From the IMG/VR virus record IMGVR_UViG_2541047882_000005: a stretch of DNA of 27,202 nucleotides; one strand, 5' to 3'. Shown in pieces: positions 1-8,516 of this stretch. The translations under genes and the position numbers were made by a program. Numbering within the stretch: the first letter of the stretch is position 1; each line of letters starts with the position of its first letter. The notes beneath the pieces were generated by a model that was not told the DNA's origin, ran no database searches, and saw nothing but the letters and a program-made list of their open reading frames with translations. This DNA comes from a virus (Duplodnaviria > Heunggongvirae > Uroviricota > Caudoviricetes).

Positions 1-19
1 CTATTTGATAAATATTAAA

Positions 20-1315
20 TTAATTTTTCATTGCTTCGTTATGGGGCATGGTTGGGGCAAACTCGCTTAACTGTGTATTTAACAAAGCTACCTGTGCATT
101 ATTGTTTTCAGACATCCATTTTCCGTATACCTGAAATACCATTTGCGCATCTGCATGGCCCATCTGGTTTGCTATAAATGCCGGGTTAGCACCAGCTGTC
201 AGCGACCAGCAGGCATAAGTATGTCTCGACTGATATGATTTTCGATGGCGGAGTCCGGCACGTTTTATCGCTGCGTCCCACATCTGCCTTATTGAGTCAA
301 CGGTAAAATGGTCACCATAATTTTTTACTCTCGCTGACACTTCAGGTTGAAAAACAAAGGTGCATTTTTGTTTTTCTGTTCTGCCATACTCTCTGAGGTG
401 AACATCAATGATATGCTCTTTGCTCAGTCTCGTTAATGTCATCTGACTCCGGAGAGCGTCGATTGCTGGCTTAATAAGATGAATGACCCGATTGGTTCCC
501 GCCTGTGTTTTTGGTACCGTGAAACGGTCTTTTGCTAAATTTCTCCTGATCATCATTGTTCCATTTTTCAGATCTATGTCCTCCCATCCAAGTGCACACA
601 GCTCACCAGGGCGAACTCCAGTATAAACAGAAACACACCATAAATTTTTTGCTTGCTGATTTCTGCACGCATCGATAAGACGGATAAATTCTTCCCGCGA
701 AAGAGGATCCGGAATGGTTCTTGATTCCTTTAATGGCGAGATCCCCTTAAACGGATTATCTGCCAGGTAACCGTTATCAACACCAAACTGGAACACGGCG
801 TTAAGATTTGTCATGTAATTATTTACAGTTACAGCCGATCTCCCTGGTTGTGTAACAATATAGTTACTTTTGGGGATCTGGTATCCAGTCAGTAACTCTT
901 TACGAACCTCCAGTAATTTTTCTTTATTAATCGATGAGGCAAGATTTTTTTCACCGATTATGCTCAGGATATTTTTGATGACGGCACGGTATGTGTTGAG
1001 TGATGTTTTGGCGACTTCAGTTTCTTTCAGTGCCAGAAATTTTTCAGCCAGTTCTTTTATGGTTAAATCTTGTCGGGCCTCACCAAATTTTTCCAGATTG
1101 CGTGAGGAGGGAAACTGTTTTGCATAGTCGAAAACACCAGTTTTTATTGCGTAACAAACAGAGGAGCGTAGTTCACCTGCAACGCGCCTGTTTTTTGCTG
1201 TGTCAGGAACCCCCAGATTTTCCCTGACTCTTACGTCTTTATAAACAAACCAGATACGTAATTTCCCTCCATGGTTTTCCACGCCTGTCGGATATTTCAT
1301 TTCAACTTCTCTCAT
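20..1315 (-). CDS. int: Phage tyrosine integrase (lambda/Rac-type site-specific recombinase)
   Basis: 431-aa ORF; C-terminal region carries integrase-like motifs (..SRHTYACW.., ..MGHADAQMVFQVYGKW.. with candidate catalytic Tyr); sits at the prophage end followed by an excisionase-like ORF. True start may be the internal Met at 1300. Confidence 0.85.
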   Translation of the reverse strand: MREVEMKYPTGVENHGGKLRIWFVYKDVRVRENLGVPDTAKNRRVAGELRSSVCYAIKTGVFDYAKQFPSSRNLEKFGEARQDLTIKELAEKFLALKETEVAKTSLNTYRAVIKNILSIIGEKNLASSINKEKLLEVRKELLTGYQIPKSNYIVTQPGRSAVTVNNYMTNLNAVFQFGVDNGYLADNPFKGISPLKESRTIPDPLSREEFIRLIDACRNQQAKNLWCVSVYTGVRPGELCALGWEDIDLKNGTMMIRRNLAKDRFTVPKTQAGTNRVIHLIKPAIDALRSQMTLTRLSKEHIIDVHLREYGRTEKQKCTFVFQPEVSARVKNYGDHFTVDSIRQMWDAAIKRAGLRHRKSYQSRHTYACWSLTAGANPAFIANQMGHADAQMVFQVYGKWMSENNNAQVALLNTQLSEFAPTMPHNEAMKN

Positions 1316-1334
1316 TAGTTAGTGTGGCTTTTAG

Positions 1335-1586
1335 TCAAGTAAGATGACGTCTTGGTCTCGCTGATGCCTGGCGCTCAATCCAGCGATCAATTTCTTCCAG
1401 GTTGTAAAAGCATGGACTGTTATCCCATGGCATACCGTCATGAGCGACATGCTTATATTCCCTTCCTTCCATAAACGATTTTTCCCGGGCCTTTTTTAAC
1501 GTACCTTTTTTTATTCCTTTCAGCGCAATTAACTGCTCTTCGGATACCCATTTGCCGGGAGAGACAATCATGATTACTTCGCTCAT
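1335..1586 (-). CDS. Excisionase-like small DNA-binding protein
   Basis: 83-aa ORF immediately upstream of int on the same strand, the classical xis position; basic C-terminus. Assignment is positional, not by motif. Confidence 0.5.
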   Translation of the reverse strand: MSEVIMIVSPGKWVSEEQLIALKGIKKGTLKKAREKSFMEGREYKHVAHDGMPWDNSPCFYNLEEIDRWIERQASARPRRHLT

Positions 1587-1658
1587 CGATTTCTTTATCT
1601 CTTACATCAGACGAGCGCCGGTTGCAGAATACCAGTCACAACCGGCGACAGTTGAACA

Positions 1659-3557
1659 TTAAGAATCAGCCTGACTCGGGATCAGTTTTTGCCAGATAAC
1701 TGAAACGTATTTTGCCTGGTAACGGGCGTCATCAAGTGCATTATGGCGCTCACCTTCGAATGGAATAGCCGTTCTGGCATCGAAGTCTATGGCTTTCCCC
1801 AGCTCAACGATTGTGCGTACATCGCGATCGTTGTAGTAACGCCACGGGCAGGGGATCCCCTGCCGTTCGTATGAACGGCGCAAAATCGTGTTGTCGAAGT
1901 TGGCTCCATTTCCCCAAACCTGAACAAAAAATTCACCGGAGTTTTCGTCGATAAATTCTCGCAATTGTAACAGTGCATCATCTAACGGGATTTCATCGGT
2001 CATAATGGCAGATTGCGCTTCGCGTGATTGCTTAAGCCACCATTTAATGGTGTCCCGATCAATGACTCCGCCAGCAGTTTCCAGATCGATAGTCTTACTA
2101 AATTCCGGTCCCATATCTCCGGTTTGCGGATCGAAAAATATTGCACCTATTGAGATGATCGGGGCATCAGGATTTTTTCCCATGGTTTCAAGGTCGATCA
2201 TTAGATGGTCACACGTCCTGCTGGTGGATGTGATTTCGTGATGACCGTTCACCTTAATTGGGTGATCTGCCGTCTCGCCAGTTTCATTATCGCTATTGTG
2301 ATGCTGATTGCCGCCAGTGTTCTCCTTGTGTGGATGTTCAGCGCCTTCCATTTCCTCCGGATCATCTTCCTGAACTTCAACCTGATACTCTTCATCGAAT
2401 GTTTCTTGGTATGTTGCGTCGCCCATCACCGCGCCACAATCAGGGCAGTTGCCGCCGCCGGTCTGACCGCAGGCGGTGCAGACTTTTTCCACTTCCTGTT
2501 GCGCTACTGGTTCAGGCTGTTTCGTTTCTGGCTCGTTTTGTAACGCATTTGGACTGTTTTGTTCCGCTTTTTGGTAGTTCCGTTCCGATTCATGCTGGTT
2601 CTGGTTCACAGAATCGCGGGTCTGGAGCCCCTTAACCCATTTCGGATCATTCGGGTCACTAATCCCTTCAACAAATTCACCACGTGATGCAGCAAGCAAC
2701 TTATCGGCGTCAGGCTGGCTGATATTGGCTGCCTGCATAATTTTGTTTACTTCGTCAGCGGTAACTTTTATCGGCTCTGGTTGTTCTGAATCTTCAGCGG
2801 TATCTACATTTTGCGGTAAGCCCGTGTATGTGCCATTTTTTCGGGCAAAATATTCTTCTTTTGTGATTTCAGTGGCGCCAGCAGCCAGTGCCTTATCCAG
2901 ACCAGAGAGTTTGTTTGCGCGACCGTATTTTTCTCCGTCCTTATCTGCGAAGAGGAAATAGAACGGCCCCTCACGCTCTACAGATGGTTCAGCTTCCGGC
3001 GCGGTTTCATTTTTTGGGATATCAGATACCTCAGTTTCCACTGCATCAGTTTGTGTTTCTGATGACTGGAGAACATCAACAGTGCCCAGGTCTGTTTCTT
3101 CATTCTCAAACACGCCCTTTGTCGTCAGGTATTCGCAGATATATTTGTTCAGTGCTACGGGATCTTTGTGAATGTCGATCGGACGCTCACGGACAAGGCC
3201 AAAAATAGTTTGGCGGTCGTAGCGAAGGGCATCAGGCTGTTTGCGCATTGGTGCCGAGATACGCTTCCAGTCTTCGCGGTCGTTGTCGATAACTTCTTTT
3301 TTTGCCCAGCGATGGATGCTGCCGTCAATGTTTCCGGCATCCACATCACTAGGCCAGAGAGCGTAGGCCAGTTCGTCATCCAGTGTTTTCCATGTCTGCT
3401 TGTATTCGCGATGAATGGCAGCAATGACCGGGCTGATTTTTCCTGTTGAATTTTCAGTGTACTGTTGATTGGCTCTGGCGCGGGCGAGATCAACAACAGA
3501 CGTGTATTTTCCGGTTTCCTTGCGTTCACCTTCGCGACGTTTTTTCCAGATGCGCAT
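1659..3557 (-). CDS. RecE-like exonuclease with C-terminal DnaQ-type DEDDh 3'-5' exonuclease domain
   Basis: Central region matches the RecE (exonuclease VIII) acidic/zinc-finger segment as I recall it (..LLAASRGEFVEGISDPNDPKWVKG.., ..CTACGQTGGGNCPDCGAVMGDATYQETFDEE..); C-terminus shows DEDDh motifs (MIDLETMG, GNGANFD, HNALDDARYQ). The listed ORF extends to 3692 but that start is TTG; first in-frame ATG is 3557. Confidence 0.8.
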   Translation of the reverse strand: MRIWKKRREGERKETGKYTSVVDLARARANQQYTENSTGKISPVIAAIHREYKQTWKTLDDELAYALWPSDVDAGNIDGSIHRWAKKEVIDNDREDWKRISAPMRKQPDALRYDRQTIFGLVRERPIDIHKDPVALNKYICEYLTTKGVFENEETDLGTVDVLQSSETQTDAVETEVSDIPKNETAPEAEPSVEREGPFYFLFADKDGEKYGRANKLSGLDKALAAGATEITKEEYFARKNGTYTGLPQNVDTAEDSEQPEPIKVTADEVNKIMQAANISQPDADKLLAASRGEFVEGISDPNDPKWVKGLQTRDSVNQNQHESERNYQKAEQNSPNALQNEPETKQPEPVAQQEVEKVCTACGQTGGGNCPDCGAVMGDATYQETFDEEYQVEVQEDDPEEMEGAEHPHKENTGGNQHHNSDNETGETADHPIKVNGHHEITSTSRTCDHLMIDLETMGKNPDAPIISIGAIFFDPQTGDMGPEFSKTIDLETAGGVIDRDTIKWWLKQSREAQSAIMTDEIPLDDALLQLREFIDENSGEFFVQVWGNGANFDNTILRRSYERQGIPCPWRYYNDRDVRTIVELGKAIDFDARTAIPFEGERHNALDDARYQAKYVSVIWQKLIPSQADS

Positions 3558-3615
3558 CTCTGCCTGAATTTCGGGCCATTTAGCACCAGGAATACATTTA
3601 TGCTTAACCCACCCA

Positions 3616-3882
3616 ATGGCGTGCAACTTAAGCTCCGGATACGGGTTATTCCCCTCTGAACAGGCGCGTAAGGACTGGCAAAACGCCCGCAAAAAACTCT
3701 CGAGGGCAAAGGTGAAGAAACCTGCTGTGGTTGATCCGGACCTTATCTGGTCATCACCTGACGGAGAAATACGTCGCTACGACAGTCGCCTAAACATAAT
3801 CTGTCGCGAGTGCCGGAAGAGTGAAGTTATGCAGCGCATACTGGCTTTCTATCAGGGTAATTTTCAGGACGTGGCGCAGTGA
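3616..3882 (+). CDS. Hypothetical small protein (alternative GTG start at 3715 with GAGGG SD-like sequence)
   Basis: 88-aa ORF divergent from the exonuclease; ends 4 bp into the next ORF (GTGA overlap). No recognisable motifs beyond CxxC..CxxC-like spacing (CRECRK). Confidence 0.3.
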   Translation: MACNLSSGYGLFPSEQARKDWQNARKKLSRAKVKKPAVVDPDLIWSSPDGEIRRYDSRLNIICRECRKSEVMQRILAFYQGNFQDVAQ

Positions 3883-4235
3883 GTGCACCGGCAACCATTC
3901 TTGATATGTGCTGTGGCAGCCGCATGTTCTGGTTCGATAAGTCTGACGAACGGGCGATATTCAGCGATATCAGAAAAGAAGGATACACATTACGCAATGG
4001 GAGACGCTTGATTATCAGCCCTGACATTATCGCAGATTTTCGTGCATTATCATTTGCAGACGCATCTTTTTCGATGGTTGTATTAGACCCTCCGCATCTT
4101 GAGAGTGTTGGTGATAACGCCTGGATGGGAAAGAAATATGGACGGCTGAATAAAGATGCCTGGCGTGATGATTCGCGACAGAGATTTAAAGAAGCCTTTC
4201 GGGTGTTGAGGCCGCACGGCGTTCTGATTTTTTAA
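3879..4235 (+). pseudogene. SAM-dependent methyltransferase, probably C-terminally truncated
   Basis: Motif I-like LDMCCGS and motif IV-like VVLDPPH in gamma-class order; ORF stops after ..LRPHGVLIF, shorter than any complete class I methyltransferase fold. Confidence 0.45.
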
Positions 4236-4497
4236 TGGAATGAAACGCAAATACCGGTAAGCCAGATTCTGGCACTGACAGACAGAAAACCTGTTATCTG
4301 TCAACGAACAGGGAAAAAACGATAAAACCCACTGGATTATTTTTATGAAAGAGGCATCCAGTGAGTAGATTCGTAAGGCTACAGATACGTATATCTGAAT
4401 AATTAAATTCAGTTCTGTAAATAAGATTTAATCCTTAACCGGATGGATTTCTGCACCCTCAGAACATCAGGAGGCCGCCCGAAAGGGCGGTAGTGAA

Positions 4498-5133
4498 ATG
4501 CGAAAGTTCAAAATTATTATTGAAACGGGAATAGCTGGTGGAGATTTTGAGGATGTATTCGAAGTGGACGATGACGCAACACCTGAGGAAATTCATGACG
4601 GAGCATAAGAAATTTTCTTTAACTACTGCAATTACTCATACCACGAAATAAAAGACGATGAGGAAGAACAAAGTGGCTGATTTTTGTTCAGCTAAATATA
4701 ACATCAGTTTTGAAGAGCGGGATGAACTATTAATGGACTATGGTGAGTTACGCGGTGGAAGTGCTGCTGATGTCGAATCCTAGCGTGATGACTATGAAGC
4801 GGGAAAAACTCCGGTCGAAGCATATTGTGATGAGTGGGGCGATGAATGAGCGAGATTAATTATCAGGAAGGGCATGAAACGGCGGGGCAAGCAAAACCAG
4901 TGGCATGGCGATATCGCTACGTGAAAAAAGGCGTTACGGACTTTCAGGGGAAGTAGTGGTCTGGTGACTGGAAATATGTACCGAAAAAAGAGGATTGTAA
5001 CGACAGGCCGAACTATCAAATTCAGGCCTTATTCACTGCCTCACCAGTCCCAGTTACATCAGAAGAACTGGTTAAAGCTGTGCACTTTTATGAACAACTA
5101 AAACGCGAAAATCCACCAACATCCGGCAACTAG
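4498..5133 (+). pseudogene. Run of short, frame-interrupted ORFs (34, 39+21, 35, about 60 codons), probable decayed prophage genes
   Basis: Consecutive short reading frames separated by single stops or frame changes (e.g. ..AADVES-TAG-RDDYEAGKTPVEAYCDEWGDE; ..PVAWRYRYVKKGVTDFQGK-stop-VVWSGDWKYVPKKEDC..). Not in the supplied ORF track because each piece is under 60 aa. Confidence 0.25.
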
Positions 5134-5387
5134 ATTAATGGATTAACTATGTCGGTTAAACGACCAGCCAACTGAAAAAGCGGAAACCTGATTACAGGTT
5201 GCCAGATAAGGCAATGAGCTACCTGGCGCGGAACGGACTGATAAGTATGGGGAATGTTTTACGATGAACCTTTAGACTAAAGAGTTTGTAACGCTATGTA
5301 AGTGATTTTTTCTGGTTTAGATATTTATATGTCCGGCCAAATTGAGGTGTGTTTAAATGTAATTGCACATTGATTGTAGGAGGAATA

Positions 5388-5567
5388 ATGAAAAACGCAT
5401 TGCAGTTTTTGTTTGTTGCGTTCTGGTTGTTCGCATCATGTATGCCCATCATCTTCACAGCAAGGTATATGGAAAAAGTTGATGTTTTGATATTAATATT
5501 TGGATATATAAATGCCCTTTTTTTAGGGGTGTTCATGGCGGTCATGTGCATTGAATACTGGCGGTAA
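5388..5567 (+). CDS. Small two-helix membrane protein (59 aa), function unknown
   Basis: ATG at 5388 preceded by AGGAGG 5 nt upstream; two hydrophobic segments (ALQFLFVAFWLFASCMPIIF and VLILIFGYINALFLGVFMAVMCI). Confidence 0.4.
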   Translation: MKNALQFLFVAFWLFASCMPIIFTARYMEKVDVLILIFGYINALFLGVFMAVMCIEYWR

Positions 5568-5901
5568 ATACAGCGAACTCCATTGGTTTAGTTGGATATT
5601 TACTGTGCTGGACAAAAACGGTTTGCGGGGAAATCTTAGTTAAGTAGAATGACTGCGGGTGCTTGAGGCTATCTGCCTCGGGCATGGACACCAACGGCAG
5701 ATAGAGAAAAGCCCCAGTTAACATTACGCGTCCTGCAAGACGCTTAACATTAATCTGAGGCCAATTTCATGCTAGACACATGTAGGTTAGCCTCTTACGT
5801 GCCGAAAGGCACGGAGAAGCAGGCTATTGTTAACACCAAGCTGTAATGTCCCCTTTGAACCATTCTAAAATGTCCCCAGACAATTCTCTGGGGGATTTTT
5901 C

Positions 5902-7215
5902 ATGATCAAAGAGACTGTTACGATGAGTCATAAGGAACTCCACCGACTTCAGACTATTCAGGAACAAGCTGCGGCACGCATTGGCATTTCTATTCGGCAG
6001 GTTAAACGTCTGGTGCAACGGTATAGAAATGAAGGGCCTTCTGGTCTGGTTTCCCACCGACGTGGAAAGCGTCCTAATAATTCCTTTTCTACTGAATTCA
6101 GAGCAACAGTAATTTCACTCCTCAAAGGCCGTTACGCTGATTTTGGACCTACGTTTGCGTGCGAAAAATTGCGCGAGATACACGGTTTATCTTTATCCGT
6201 TGAAACTCTCAGAAAGTGGATGATAGAAGAGGGGTTATGGCGTGAACGCCGTCGTAAAATTGCCCGTATATATCAACGCCGCATGCGACGACCATCTTAC
6301 GGTGAACTGATCCAGATTGATGGCTCACCTCATGACTGGTTTGAAAATCGAGGCCCCAGATGTACACTGATCGTTTTCATTGATGATGCCACCAGTGCGT
6401 TGATGGCGTTGCGTTTTGTGCCTGCTGAAACAACCCGGGCTTACATGGAAACCCTCCGGGGTTACCTTAATGATCATGGCGTACCGCTCGCTCTCTACTC
6501 TGATAGACACAGTATATTCAGGGTAAATAACCCAGAGCGGGAAGGTGAGCTGACCCAGTTCACTCGTGCGATAAAGACACTGGGCATCGAGCCAATCCAT
6601 GCCAACAGCCCGCAGGCAAAAGGGCGGGTAGAGCGCGCCAATCAGACACTACAGGACAGGCTGGTCAAAGAAATGCGGCTTCAGAATATCAGTGATATTG
6701 AAACAGCAAATGCATGGTTGCCGACCTTTATTGAAGCCTATAACAACCGGTTCGCTACGTCGCCTCGTACTACTGATAATGCTCATCTTGATGTGCACCA
6801 TTCTGAAGAGGAACTGGGTTATATCTTCAGCCTACAGGCGAAGCGCGTTCTGTCTAAAAATCTCACTTTCCAGTACAAAAGCAGTGCGTTTCAGGTACGC
6901 AGTGAGGGCCGGGGATATCGACTTAGGCATTCGGTTGTTACTGTATGCGAGAACTTTGACGGTGAAATTAACGTTCTGTATGACGGGAAAGCGCTGGGCT
7001 GGGAAAAGTATGTTGATGGCCCGGAGCCTATACCACTGGATGATGAAAAGAGTGTCCATGAACGAGTGGATAATGCCCGTATTGATTTACGCTCAAAATA
7101 CTATGTTAAACCTAAAGCTGACCATCCCTGGCTTACGCGCCGAACGCAAAGTCATCAGCAAGTTAAGCCCCCGAAGTTACCTAAAAAGAAGCCTGATCCC
7201 GATAAAAAAGATTGA
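5902..7215 (+). CDS. DDE transposase with N-terminal HTH and integrase-core (rve) domain, IS481/ISNCY-like
   Basis: 437 aa; HTH-like GISIRQVKRLVQRY; catalytic-core motifs IQIDGSPHDW, FIDDATS, and SPQAKGRVERANQTLQ (the D,D-35-E region); GGGGA SD upstream of ATG. Confidence 0.85.
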   Translation: MIKETVTMSHKELHRLQTIQEQAAARIGISIRQVKRLVQRYRNEGPSGLVSHRRGKRPNNSFSTEFRATVISLLKGRYADFGPTFACEKLREIHGLSLSVETLRKWMIEEGLWRERRRKIARIYQRRMRRPSYGELIQIDGSPHDWFENRGPRCTLIVFIDDATSALMALRFVPAETTRAYMETLRGYLNDHGVPLALYSDRHSIFRVNNPEREGELTQFTRAIKTLGIEPIHANSPQAKGRVERANQTLQDRLVKEMRLQNISDIETANAWLPTFIEAYNNRFATSPRTTDNAHLDVHHSEEELGYIFSLQAKRVLSKNLTFQYKSSAFQVRSEGRGYRLRHSVVTVCENFDGEINVLYDGKALGWEKYVDGPEPIPLDDEKSVHERVDNARIDLRSKYYVKPKADHPWLTRRTQSHQQVKPPKLPKKKPDPDKKD

Positions 7216-7269
7216 AACCAAGATCGATTCGGTTGAGTGCATATCCATTCATAGGGTAGATTCTTAAGT

Positions 7270-7335
7270 CGCGTTTCTGGTGTTCATTTTCGGGTGGTTT
7301 GTTACTTGTTTTACCGGGGATATGCCAGAAACGCG
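7270..7335. repeat. 11-bp perfect inverted repeat CGCGTTTCTGG / CCAGAAACGCG with 44-nt spacer
   Basis: Read directly from sequence just downstream of the transposase stop. Confidence 0.5.
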
Positions 7336-7612
7336 CTGAGTCAGTCTGGGCGGTGCGCGTAATGAGGCGTTATGGTAAATAGCCTATGCTAATGTCCGCT
7401 AAGAGCAAGAAGCGGAAGTTGGCAGTTTTGTGGACTGTCCCCACAAAAGTGACTACAGAAATAGTTGCAATTCATAATTGATCATGGGTTGTCAGTTAAA
7501 CTCGTGGCGATTTAAATAGACTAATTGGGAGTGCGTCCATTACTTATATCTTGTAATGTTAACTATCAGAAATGATACAAAGATAATATGTCTTTAAAGA
7601 AAAGGCTGATGG

Positions 7613-7637
7613 CGAAAAGTGGCCCGATGAGGGCCAC
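7613..7637 (-). terminator. Rho-independent terminator downstream of flxA
   Basis: On the minus strand GTGGCCC-TCATC-GGGCCAC hairpin followed by TTTTCG. Confidence 0.4.
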
Positions 7638-7651
7638 AATACGGCTGTCAC

Positions 7652-7984
7652 TTAGACGTAAATATCAATGGTGCCAGCGGTATTTGTATCGTCTTTTTTC
7701 TCTTCTTTTTTATCAGGCTGAACTGTCGCGTCTTCATTCTTTTTCTCTGCCTGCTGCCTTAACAACTGCTCCAGTTGAGCCCAGAGGCTTTCAATTTGCT
7801 TCTGTACCAATGCAGCCATTTCTTTTTTCTGCTGTGTCGTCATCCCCTCTTCCGATGAGATTTTCCCAAGCTTTTCAGTCAGCACCTGAATTTGTCTTGT
7901 GATTTTGGCTATTTCTGATGTTCCTTCCGGGGCGGAGTTGTTTGAAATAACGGTTGAGGTATTTCCCTGAATTGTGACAGACAT
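7652..7984 (-). CDS. flxA: FlxA (FliA-regulated prophage protein)
   Basis: 110-aa ORF matching FlxA as I recall it (MSVTIQGNTSTVISNN..TIDIYV); AAGGAG SD upstream. Confidence 0.85.
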   Translation of the reverse strand: MSVTIQGNTSTVISNNSAPEGTSEIAKITRQIQVLTEKLGKISSEEGMTTQQKKEMAALVQKQIESLWAQLEQLLRQQAEKKNEDATVQPDKKEEKKDDTNTAGTIDIYV

Positions 7985-8006
7985 AGATTTCTCCTTTTAA
8001 AAAAGC

Positions 8007-8033
8007 ACTATCGGCATGCACAAAAAAATCTTT
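8007..8033 (-). promoter_or_regulatory. Sigma-28 (FliA) type promoter for flxA
   Basis: Minus strand reads TAAAGATT-N11-GCCGATAG versus consensus TAAAGTTT-N11-GCCGATAA, about 20 bp upstream of the flxA start. Confidence 0.5.
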
Positions 8034-8186
8034 AATCGTATTTCTTGTGTCATTAATTGTTTGATGTTCAGATTGTTTTCCTCGCGGGCTGGCGCGCCTC
8101 AGAAAGTAAAGCTTGTTGACAGGGGTAAACGTTCGGCAATAATTTTCTGCCGCATGCGGGTGTTGCATAAAACGTGTTACGTTCCT

Positions 8187-8492
8187 TTATCGACAGGTCA
8201 GGTCACCGCTCACCCGCCGACGAGAAAGCAACACTGACATGCTAAAGCAAAAAATAGATGAATAAGTTGAGTTGTGCATATGTAGCCTGACCGTCACAAA
8301 GTATATGGTGTCTGTACCAGTAAGATGATGGCCGGACTCTTTAAAAACGAGCTGACCTGCACAATACAGGATGGACTTAGCAATGGCTGCTCCTGGCACA
8401 AAGCGGACAGTGATCACCGTTCTTACGACTACTTTCTGACTTCCTTCGTGACTTGCCCTAAGCATGTTGTAGTGCGATACTTGTAATGACAT
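8187..8492 (-). CDS. Hypothetical protein (YdfV-like position between flxA and relB)
   Basis: 101-aa ORF divergent from relB; no motif support, positional only. Confidence 0.3.
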   Translation of the reverse strand: MSLQVSHYNMLRASHEGSQKVVVRTVITVRFVPGAAIAKSILYCAGQLVFKESGHHLTGTDTIYFVTVRLHMHNSTYSSIFCFSMSVLLSRRRVSGDLTCR

Positions 8493-8506
8493 TTGTAATT
8501 ACAAGA
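8481..8506 (+). promoter_or_regulatory. relBE operator/promoter region (palindromic RelB-RelE binding site)
   Basis: TTGTAATGACATTTGTAATTACAA contains the palindrome TTGTAATTACAA about 10 bp upstream of relB. Confidence 0.55.
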
Positions 8507-8516
8507 GGTGTAAGAC

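Larger units (their letters stand above)
5716..7564 (+). mobile_element. Insertion sequence carrying a DDE transposase; boundaries tentative
   Basis: 12-bp inverted repeat AGTTAACATTAC at 5716-5727 and, reverse-complemented, at 7553-7564 brackets the transposase gene. No target-site duplication seen, so ends are uncertain. Confidence 0.35.

Noticed and set aside
870-1227. Two plus-strand ORFs (85 and 75 aa) inside the integrase gene
   Set aside because: Fully contained in the integrase on the opposite strand; no RBS.
2005-3709. Multiple plus- and minus-strand ORFs overlapping the exonuclease gene
   Set aside because: Alternative frames of the same DNA as the well-supported exonuclease ORF.
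4240-7600. Searched for dicB/dicF-type division-inhibitor locus expected between flxA and int in Qin-like prophages
   Set aside because: I could not recognise dicF or dicB from memory in this stretch; the interval is occupied by the IS and decayed ORFs instead.
7588-7902. 104-aa plus-strand ORF
   Set aside because: Antisense to flxA and spanning its terminator.
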